A stretch of 64,000 bases of DNA from assembly GCA_964035545.1 (NCBI GenBank), contig OZ037767.1, positions 22,832,628 to 22,896,627 of the forward strand, in the 5' to 3' direction. Origin of the DNA: Bugula neritina (Eukaryota; Animalia; Bryozoa). The position numbers were made by a program, and so were the translations under genes. The notes below the pieces were generated by a model. It saw only the letters and a program-made list of their open reading frames with translations, was not told the DNA's origin and did no database searches. Shown here piece by piece: positions 12,202 through 24,200 of this stretch. The first letter of the stretch is position 1, and each line of letters starts with the position of its first letter.

Positions 12202-15200
12202 TTATTGTGAAGCTGCCGGCTGGTGGTCTCCAACAGAGGTGGTGGGTGGGGTTTCCGATTCAGACTTGAGGGGTGAAGTCGGACTGTATCTAAAATGATG
12301 CGGAACTTCAATAGGAATTTATTATAAACACGAGAACAATGTCAAGAGTTGCTCAAACATGTGGGACTGAACTAGACATTTAGTAAGAGTGACCACGAGT
12401 CACGCCAGCAGAGACTAGTTACCTGGATGAGGTCAACACTGGGGCCGGTGGATGGGGTTTAGAGTCAAACACCTGGTCTTGTAGGATATAGACATGGTCA
12501 GGTCCAGATGTGATGGTAGGGCTGCCCAGTTTAGGTGTCGTATACTGCCCAGTGGCTGCAAACAGACAACCCCCAGTTACTCGCATAACTGAGAACAACT
12601 CAAGTAAACAAGATATAGAAGGAATAGTCACACAAAATTGCTGAGTTGCCACTAATATGATATTATAAGCATGTTATACGCCTCTAGTGCAGGTACATGA
12701 GGAAAGGGTTCAGTCATCTAAAGCCAAAATCAAATTAACCAGCCATGGAAATATTACGATGTAGGAAACGTTTTACTTGGAGCCAGATGACATAGTACCA
12801 GCTTACATACCAGATGGGACAACTTACCAACAGGGTGGTCTGTATACATGGAGGGTGACTTACCAACAGGGTGGTATGTATACATGAAAGAAGGACTTAC
12901 CAACAGGGTGGTCTGTATACATGGAGGATGGAACCAAGGCTAAAGAATCATTTATATGAGCACGGAGGCGCACTATTTCCATGTCTTTAGCACCCATTAG
13001 TTCTGTAACAGATACCAAACACAATTATTACACACCACAAAAGTAGTTATACAGCCTTACTGCAGTAAGTGTATGCCAGAAGATAGGATAGATCAAGAGT
13101 GAGATAGACTAGGAAAGGAGGGTTGACTAGGGGGTAAGGTAGACCAGAAGGCAAAGTAGAGCAGGTGGTTGGAGGTTGTGACTGGTAACGAAGAAACGCC
13201 ATAAAACTAGCGAGTAGCTTATTGACAAAGAGAAAGATTTTTAGTCGGTGCAAAATTTCAAGGATAAGGACAAAATACCAAAGAAATGACCACAAAAGTC
13301 AAACTATGTGCTAGACTAGGCTGGTCATATTTCATCTCTGCCCAACAACATTTAATATTTGCATCACAGGCTGGTATGTTTATTGACTAGTTTCGTATGG
13401 CAAAGTTGTTTTGTCTGGCAGTAATCTTACACACCTAGTGTTGGTTATAAACCAATTTATTTTTATTAGTTTTAAAGCAACATGAAAAAGGCTATTTCTC
13501 ACTTTTTCTAATTATTTTTAAATGCTGAAATCAATAGACAGGTTTTTAGCATTTTGTAGTAAGTTGAAGTGAAACAGAAAGTGTAAACAGCAGTGTAACA
13601 CTTGTACAATACAAGTCACCAATAATTGACTAAGAGAAGATAACTACCAGATAGGAAGCTTGCTATGACACATGCTGCCTAGGAGTTAGTAAATGAAGGG
13701 ATACACTAAAACACAACTTGGCGCCAATGCTATGTTTTTCACTTCCTCCCTGTGTGAATCAACCACTGTGTCAGTTTAGAAAAGTCAGGCAATCTCAACA
13801 CCAAGTGACCTGAGAATAGGCCACTGTAGTAGAAGAGTGAATGGATTATGGTTAATTGATAGAATTTACGGCACTCACGGGATTGTAAGTCAAGTTGCCG
13901 TTTATACTCATTGGCAGCACTATAGTAAGAGAGCTTAGCCCGGCTCTCCTCGCGCAGAGTGTTCTCCAGGTGAGTGTATCTGGCTTCCAGAACCTTAGTT
14001 CTTGATAGCAAAGTATTGTAGTCTATGTTAGGATCTCCCTGTAACAAAATGTTTATATTACATTCAATACACCTGCCTGGATACACTGCATTTCCATTGC
14101 TTTGAATGGATCCAAACGAATGGATTTGTGGTTGCAGTTTGCATCAACTAATGGTTGTGGTTTCATTTGATGTAACTGTTTTTATTAGGCGAATGAAAAA
14201 TCCATTCGAATCATGGAAATGTAGTGAATGAAAAGCAATGGGAATGTAGTGATAGTGCACATACACATTCTATACTACATAACTTTCAGCACAGAGCTCT
14301 TACCCTCTACCCCCCTCCCCGTACCCCCCTAAAGTTGTGACCACACTCACTTCGAATTTCCGTCTCCACTCCATATTCTCCGACTCTATTATTCGTATTC
14401 TCTCATCTTTTCGCCCAACAGCCCACTGCAGCTTAGAAATGTCTTCTTCCAGAGTATGCATCTTTGACTTGCATTCCCCCACACAGTCGACATTTCTAAA
14501 AGGAAAACATCATTCATATTCTTGTTTTGTGATACTCTTTCCCAGCCCAACTGCCAGCACTACTAACCCACCTGCCAGCACTACTAACACACCTGCCAGC
14601 ACTACAAACCCACCTGCCAGCACTACTAACCCACCTGCCAGCACTACTAACTCACCTGCCAGCACTACTAACTCATCTGCAAGCACTACTAACTCACCTG
14701 CCAGCACTACTAACTCACCTGCTAGCGTTGGCAAGGGCTACAGCTCTAGCTGCCACATGTTCCTCTTGTCTCTTGGTTTTCCTCTCACTGGCTAGCAGAC
14801 TGTCGCTCTTCTCTCGCAGTTTCTTCTCTTCTGCAAGTTTCTTCTCAGCGTTAGCTAAGTTCTGTTTATCCTGCTGACGACTCATAACGAGGTTGTGTAA
14901 CCTGTAAACCACCCAGGTATAGGTATTATATACAGAGCAGGTGCTGTAGGTATAAGTGTTATATACAGAGCAGGTGCTGTAGGTACTTGTCACTTTATAT
15001 ACAGAGCAGGTGCTGTAGGTACTTGTCAAGTTACATACAGAGCAGGTGCTGTAGGTACTTGTCAAGTTATATACAGAGAAGGTGCTGTAGGTACGTGTCA
15101 AGTTATATACAGAGCAGGTGCTGTAGGTACTTGTCAAGTTATATACAGAGCAGCATCATGATTATATCATACTATACACCTGCTCATCAAACTACAGAAC

Positions 15201-18200
15201 TGATAGCACCATGTAAGATAGACATGTTTCAACTACATAGATTCATGAAATCAGACCTATACTATACTTGTTCTGCAGACTATCGTTATTTTGCTGCAGA
15301 TATAACCTACTCGTTCTGCAGACTATCGTTATCTTGCTGCAGATATAACCCACTTGTTCTGCAGACTATCGTTATCTTGCTGCAGATATAACCTGCTTGT
15401 TCTGCAGACTATCGTTATCTTGCTGCAGATATAACCTACTTGTTCTGCAGACTATTGTTATCTTGCTGCAGATATAACCTACTTGTTCTGCAGACTATCG
15501 TTATCTTGCTGTAACTGCGCCAGACTCACGGCCTTCTGCCTGTCATCTTTTGACTTGCTGTTGAGTTGTGACCTCAGCTCACTCTCCGTGTTTCGACTAG
15601 ATTGCAGATCTGCCTTCAGTCTCTTCACGTCTGACTCGAGGCGACTGGAAAATTTAACACGAAGTCTGTCTGTTACTCTCCCATCCCTTATTTACATACA
15701 CTTTCATTTACGGCAAGTGACGCTAAATTAATCCCATGGAGTGAGTCAACGTAAATGTTATTCAACATAATGTAAATTTCCGCAACTGCTAAAGAAAACT
15801 ATTGTCACAATATAATACAAGGACTTGGCAATACTTTCAACTACAGATACTGGTACTAAAGAGGGCAATTCCAACATTGTAAGTGATGGCATATCAGTGC
15901 ACAATATTGTAATGACCATAATTGTATAAGCATCCAACGGAGTAGATTATACGCAGCACCAACCTTATACTATACTCCAGTTTAGTGACAGTATCCCCAG
16001 AAGAGTGCACAGTGTGTCCATTGCTAAGTGGGGTGGTGAAAGATATAGAGTTACCGCTGCCGTTCTGAGTGGAGGCGAGTGTGGCGGGAGAAGACGAAAT
16101 GTTCTTATTCTTTTTGCTGCCGAGTTTCCTGGGTTGGGCGGAGCTGCCGTCTCTATTGCTAACTTTATTGTTTTTGCTCTCATTAATCATATTCTCCGTG
16201 TCCTCGTTCACGTCGTTTACGTTACGCCGGTGCATTTGGTAAACTCCGTTCTCATTATCATTGTTGGAGTCAAAGTCCTCAATATACTGAAAACAGTAAC
16301 AAAACTCAACATAAACTCAAACAGCACGCTGTGTACTCTAAACAAAACTTCAGTACTCGTGGAATTTCACATAAAGTGAAGGCACGTGCAGTACACTGTC
16401 TTTCCACAAACTGGAGCAGGTCGTTGTGTCTTTCAATGAAGAAAATCAATACATAATTGGCTACACAGCAGCTATGATGTATGGAAATTATTCTAAATAG
16501 ATTCTTGACTTAATATTTTACACTTGGGGTTTAATGAAATACAGCAATTAAAGTAAAGTAGCAGTGAAACAGTCCATCAGTAAAGACTGGTGGCTTAACT
16601 TGATCCAATAAGATTCAGAAACATTTTCAGATCGAAGAAGTACATCATGTATTGTTACAGAGATCACATGTAGGTCTTCCAGCTCTGCTAGAAGCTAAGT
16701 GAGATGACACATGCAAACATAAAACCTTCAAACTGGCATGTCTAAATATAATATTTTGGGATCTAACAGCGGCTCAACACTTTTACCGGAAGTTTCTGAG
16801 AAAGATGGCCCTGAAGAAATGTCCCAACCAGACCATACAAAGCAGCCAACTGACACAAGCAGAAGAACACTTACCGCAGATTTATTGTTTTGGTTGCCAT
16901 GGCTAGTAGTAAACTTCTCCAGAAAGGAAGAGGCAAAGTTGGTTGTAGTCAATGAGATCGGGCTAGAAGTGTTTTGATTGGTCGAGCTGCTAACATCAGA
17001 CGACTCTGAGCCGTCGTCTGACACATCATCCAGTTTATCTGCAGCAGACGATCATACATACGTATAGTTATATGATATATTACAAATATATGTATAGTTG
17101 TATGATATATTACAAATACATGTATAGTTTGTATTATATATTACAAATATACGTATAGTTATATATTACAGATATACGCATAGTTATACGATATATTACA
17201 AATATACTAAAATAATATAATCATAAACATATATTTATATGATATATTATAGATATGCGCATAGTTATATGATATATTACAAATATATTAAAACAATATA
17301 ATGATATATTACAGATATACGCATACATATATAGCATATCACACTTACTGTCTTTTTTACTTTGGTCTTCAGAAGATCTCACATTTCCTTCATCGACATT
17401 TTCTGAATCCCTCAACTCCACGGGTAAAGCTTCCTGAACCAGGTTCTGTTTCCACCGGTTGCTCTGTTGCACCTTGTTTCTAGTGCGCTGCAAGTAGACA
17501 GACACATTGTAGTGCAGACTTCACATACACGCAATACATGTGACACACTAAAGGAAGCAACACCATGCGGTAATACACAGCACACAGTGTGAAAATAAAT
17601 ATTTATACATTACATTTTTTCAGTGTAAAGTAATAAACTCTTATATAGAGAAGAAAAAGCACCTTCCATCTAAATAAGTACTAGAGATGAAAATACTCAG
17701 TAACTAGTGAATTCATGCTAAGAAAAGACTATAGAGAAGCTCCTGGGACCATATTTCTACAGCTGAGTCGTTGAAATACAATAAACGTACATGTAAATAT
17801 ATCATAACAAAGAGAACAACTCCCGATTTCCACCCCTCTGCGACCAGATGACATTATTGCATTTATTGCCTAGCAGCAAGATGTTAATGAAGCCATGTAA
17901 AAGAATACAGATTTCACGACACAAACTATTATTAGAATGTGTCACAAATGTTTTTAGGAAATTACCTTTCGTATAGATTCACTAGCAGCAGTTTTTATAC
18001 CATATCCAAGTGTTACCACTGGGTATCCGATGCTGCAAAATGAATGGAAACAAAATACTAATAATCATACTTTTGTCTATATATTTATGTAGTTTATATA
18101 TTAATGTAGTGTATATATTAATGTATTGTATATACTGAAGTAGTGCATATACTGAAGTAGTGCATACACTGAAGTAGTGCATATACTGAAGTAGTGCATA

Positions 18201-21200
18201 CACTGAAGTAGTGCATACACTGAAGTAGTGCATATACTGAAGTAGTGCATACACTGAAGTAGTGCATATACCAAAGTAGTGCATATACTGAAGTAGTGCA
18301 TACACTGAAGTAGTGCATACACTGAAGTAGTGCATATACTGAAGTAGTGCATACACTGAAGTAGTGCATACACTGAAGTAGTGCATATACTGCAGTAGTG
18401 CATATACTGAAGTAGTGCAGAATAAGGCAGGGGGAAATAACTTACCAATGAGCAGCAAATGGTCTACAGAGATCCATGTTGAAAGGGAGGGACTTCTGAT
18501 CTTTCATTCTCAGTGCAGCTTCCACATAGACGAATAGGAGCCAAAGTAGTATAGATGAGGCACATATTCCCCTGTCTACAGCATAGTTAGTATTATAATA
18601 CACACTACTGTATAGTTAGTAGTATAATACACACTACTGTGTAGTTAGTAGTATAATACACACTACTGTATAGTTAGTAGTATAATACACACTACTGTAT
18701 AGTTAGTAGTATAATACACACTACTGTATAGTTAGTAGTATAATACACACTACTGTGTAGTTAGTATTGTAATACACACTACTGTGTAGTTAGTAGTGTA
18801 ATACACACTGCAGCATAGTTAGTAGTATAATACACACTACTGTATAGTTAGTAGTATAATACACACTACAGCATAGTTAACAGTATAATACACACTACAG
18901 TATAGTTAGTAGTATAATACACACTACAGTATAGTTAGTAGTATAATACACACTACTGCATAGTTAGTAGTATAATACACACTACTGTATAGTTAGTAGT
19001 ATAATACACACTACAGCATAGTTAACAGTATAATACACACTACAGTATAGTTAGTAGTATAATACACACTACTGTGTAGTTAGCAGTATAATACACACTA
19101 CTGTATAGTTAGTAGTATAATACACACTACTGTGTAGTTAGTAGTATAATACACACTACTGTATAGTTAGTAGTATAATACACACTACTGTATAGTTAGT
19201 AGTATAATACACACTACTGTATAGTTAGCAGTATAATACACACTACTGTATAGCTAGTAGTATAATACACACTACTGTATAGCTAGTAGTATAATACACA
19301 CTACTGTATAGCTAGTAGTATAATACACACTACAGTATAGTTAGTAGTATAATACACACTACTGTGTAGTTAGCAGTATAATACACACTACTGTATAGTT
19401 AGTAGTATAATACACACTACTGTATAGTTAGTAGTATAATACACACTACAGTATAGTTAGTAGTATAATACACACTACTGTATAGTTAGTAGTATAATAC
19501 ACACTACAGCATAGTTAACAGTATAATACACACTACTGTGTAGTTAGCAGTATAATACACACTACTGTATAGTTAGTAGTATAATACACAGTACAGCATA
19601 GTTAGTAGTATAATACACACTACAGTATAGTTAGTAGTATAATACACACTACAGTGTAGTTAGTAGTATAATACACACTACTGTGTAGTTAGTAGTATAA
19701 TACATACTACAGCGTAGTTAGCAGTATAATACACACTACTGTATAGCTAGTAGTATAATACACACTACTGTATAGTTAGTAGTATAATACACACTGCTGT
19801 GTAGTTAGTAGTATAATACACAGACATAATACAACAGCTGTAAACCAGCAAACAAATGCAAGAATACATCTTTACAGACTATGGAGGAGATGGGCTTGGC
19901 TGAAGGTTTGTGAATTAACAGTAGAAAATGATCAATAGGATGTTGACAGCTAGAAACAAAGGAAGCCTACCTACGGCCTGCAGGTGTGCTGGACTAACTA
20001 CTTTTGCAGCCAACAACCACCTATTATACATAACCAATATAGACTCCTTCTATTTATTACTTTGATGAAAATAAAAGACCTACATACATAACCAGGCTAG
20101 TAAAACACACGCCCACACGAATCATTGTTATATATCCAGATACTGATGCATCATATATTTATAATTAATTACAACAACACTGCTAACACCAATGGCTGGG
20201 TGCCCCTACCAAATATGCCCCTGAACCCCTCGTTCACACTTTGCCTTATCATATGTCGGAACAGCAAATATCAGCCATCTTTACACATGTCTGAGCTTTC
20301 TGTACGGCGTTGCCGTAGGTTAGGATCAAGCACTGCTTGATTCAAATGAGTTATTATTGGACAGAAAAACTTTTGCGGCAACTCATTGGATGTAATTGTC
20401 CCATGAAGTGTCATATATCGTACCTAGTAGCAGACATTGAAAACTTCAGCCTAGACACATTAAAAATGTCGGATATTTTACTTTATGGCGTACGTACGGC
20501 TAAGTGTGAATGAGGGATTATAATAGTTTTATTCATATCTACGTTTCAAAGTACACCTCAGAACTGACTCTTTCATTCAAAAGCTAAGCACTGAAATGTC
20601 TGTTACTCATCTCAGAAGATACATTATATAAGCTGCCATTCTCGACCTCTTGGAGGGGCAGCAGAGCCCAGAGTACTCTGAACTGCTAATACTGCAGGAC
20701 GGCAGCAAGCATATGACTCATAGGCAGCAGCTGCCGTAAGACTTTTGTCTACACATTAAGATAAAGTTCATGTAGTAGTCTACTGATGCTAACAGCTCAT
20801 GTCTGCATCCAATATTGCTATACATATATTTTATTATAAGCTGTTAGTTGAAATAGAGTAGCAGTACCTTGATATTGCTGCTGCAGCCTGCAGGGCATAA
20901 TAAGTGCAGGTGTAGTTTGTTAACTAGCTGTAGTGTAGATTGATTTGTAACTTACAGCATTACGTAGGAGCAGAGAGCAAGAGTGAGAGAAGCAAGGTGA
21001 AGCTGCTAAATCAATATCACAGCAGTTACAGGGTCAACAGACTGGAGACACTAGACATAGTAATCCCTAATACATGTTCTCTCCTAGCATGGCACCTCTT
21101 TGACACCATGTTCTCTCCTAGCATGGCCCCTCTTTGACACCATGCTCCCTCCTAGCATGGCCCCAACAACCCTTAAACAAAGTCCTCAAACAGGCCAAAC

Positions 21201-24200
21201 AATTTGCTAAATAACAGCACTTTGGGGCCCTTGTTGGTTGAATTCATGGACTGTAAAAGAGTGCCTTTCGTTGTTTGTTCTTTTATAAATATAAATTTAG
21301 GAAGATTGCAATTCCACCATAGTAAGAATTCTCTTTAGGAACAAAAGCAGTTTGAAAATGCTAAAATGGCATTACAGCTTTCACAGTTTTACCTGGTCAA
21401 CTCCGTCTGACAATCAACGCTTAGTTGCCTTAATTTCTCCTACATCTAATTGTTACACTTTACACAAACTATGAGGCATAGCCCAAAGCTGTTAGCTGTT
21501 CAAATCAACAAGTTTCATTCCACGACAAGAATTACTGAATCAGAGTAGTTAAATTTTAGTCCTCACAACAAAAAACAAACAACCTTGAACAAACAAATAG
21601 CTCTATACTCAGAGCTGGTTTCTCTTGACCACAAGTTCAACATGTATCAATGAGTGAGAGAAGTAGCAATTCAAAGGTGCTTCAATCTACACAAGGGTCT
21701 TCACTAGTTGCTAACTTGTAGCAGATTGAAGCAATTGGAGAGACTAGACCAGCAACTGTTGCTACAGGCATATCTGCAACTGAGTGACAGTGATGAATGA
21801 AAACAAGTGCAGGCAGAAAATAACTTTCTGCCAGATAAAAATACATGAAATGATGAAAGAACATGAATCTATGTTAATAGACCCTTTTCAAATGTCCCTC
21901 TAGGGGCTTTTATAATTTGAAGTTGTCTCCTCCCACCCGGTATATGGGGGAGTCTATATGATATATAGAAAGTCATAAAATCAGGAGAAATTTAAGGTTT
22001 GTGTGAGGACTATTGCTAGCATGAGTTTTTTCTTTTCTGAGATAAATATTTTGGCCTAAGCATACATAATAGCAGTTCCAGAAAATTTTTAAAAATTTTC
22101 TTTCTTGACAAATCTTGAGAAAAATAAACTTCAAAGCATGTTTGTGGTTTTGGTTACTGAGCAAGTTGAAGTGGTAACTATGATACAAGTCTCATTAATT
22201 ATTTGTTATACTGGCTGTCATGTTCAATTCATAGCTGTTGACCTTTCAACTTTTTGGTCAGAATCTGCTGTTAGCACAGTCTTAGAGCTCTGCTAGTGAA
22301 TGAGACAGCAGATTAGCTGTTAGCATTTTCAATTAATTATATACTTATGCACTTATGTTATGAGAATAGCTAAACTACCTACCTCAATACCCATCAATTT
22401 CAAGAAGCATTCTCACAAAACTATAGATAAATGATATATTATTAAATAGACTGGTTAAATTTGTATCATCAAACGAATATGAAATGTGGATTAATACATG
22501 CCGTTTAATTTTCTAGCAACAATTGTGCTCAAATAAATATATCTAGATAAACCCCGATAGCCTTTTAGCTGTTGGCATTCAGGTTTTTGTGTTACAGTTT
22601 TGTTATTTCTTAATATTATGCCTGTGGCTTGTAGTATAGGAACAGTAGTGAAGAAATTGAGATAGCCTAAGTTTTTTGAATTTCTTTATAAATTTTGGTG
22701 TTGCACATAACATAACTTCTTTTGCTACATTTCTAATCTAGAACAAAGGCTTTTCTCAATTTCTCCATTACTGCACCTACCCGTGTGTAGTAGTCATCTC
22801 TGTCAGCTGCAGTAGACTCAAGGTCCTAGTTAATGTAGGTGGTAGGTTAAAACATAGTTATATAATGAAATAGGTAAAAGGCCAACCTAAGCCAGCCATT
22901 ACTGAACCTGAAAACCCAAGTTTCTCAACTCATCAAATTGCAACATAGGTAAACTGAATTATCTGAAAACCGCTTCTGAAAGAATTTCTGGTTGAAAAGT
23001 ATGAAGCAAATTCTGATAAAGGAAGCAGTGAAAGTATGTTGAAAATATTGAGTTATTAACTTTTTGCTTGGGTTTTCAGTGAAACCATTTAATGTTATAG
23101 CTTCTCAACTTCTCATGCTCTAAATATCTACATCAGCTAGTCTTATTGAAACTTAGCTGTAGTTTTACAGCTGGCTTGGCTGATCCTGGGTCACAAAATG
23201 TTATGCATAATCGAGGATAAGTTCACCCCAAGTATAACATATCGATCAATTAGAACTTTCAAATAAAACTATTAGACCTGTTGTAAAACATGCAATAAAG
23301 ATATAGGGCAGACAAAATATTTCAAGATGATATTGAATTAAAAGATGTCTGCCTCTTGTAAATACTTTAAATGAGCTTCTATTTTAAATATTCCTACAGA
23401 GTTTTGACTTTTTTTTCATTCATTTTTGTTCATGCCTACTTATATTATAGCCAGTATTTACACTGAATTTCGCAACATGTTGTCGTGTCTGTGATATGCA
23501 ATAAATCAATCAACTATATAAAATATGTTAAATAAATTTTTGCCTAAACTGAGCTTTGCTTCTCTTAGTAATATTTTTCTTTTAAAAAAGTTTTGGCTAT
23601 AACATGAAACTATGTAAAGCATTGACGGTCCTTTGAACATAATGTAGTACAAACTCTTCAAAGTATAATTATGTGTACATGCTATAACACAGCTAAGCAG
23701 GCATGTGAGTAATTACATGTAACTAGCAGTGAAACTGGACCACTGCAGAGTTGAAAGGTCAATTCAGCTATAAATTGCATGGCCATAACAGACAGGACAA
23801 CAATAGATAGTCGAGACTTAATCATAGTTGCTATTTCTGCATTGCCCAGCAACGGAAACCACAAAAATGCGTTCAAGCATATTTTAGGCAACATTTTTGC
23901 ATGTTGGGAGGACACAACTCTTAATTTTAGCAGGACATTGGAGACCACTGAAAAGGGTCTATTAATAGTCTATCATTCTTCACTATGACATCACCAGAAT
24001 CACCAGTCTAGAACCTATAGACTGAGTACCAGTGATAGACTGAGTACCAGTGAGAGACTGAGTACCAGTGGTAGACTGAGTACCAGTGATAGACTGAGTA
24101 CTAGCAGTAGACAATTCATTCACTATTCGCCCAACTGTGATGACAAGTAAATACATTATCAGATTATGTTCTGCGTTGTATGACATCATAAGGGACAGAT

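Noticed and set aside
14337-15391. Mucin-like (PASTTN)n, (VVLAGEL)n and Cys-rich repeat ORFs
   Set aside because: Antisense or intronic translations of the 21-, 36- and 43-nt minisatellites inside MACO1.
17982-18458. Three overlapping repetitive ORFs (CTTSVYALLQYMHYFS)n
   Set aside because: Translation of a stop-free 17-nt intronic minisatellite; the flanking macoilin exons splice around it in phase.
18578-19823. CRISPR-like appearance of 29-nt repeats
   Set aside because: Head-to-tail units with no unique spacers, no cas genes, eukaryotic intron.
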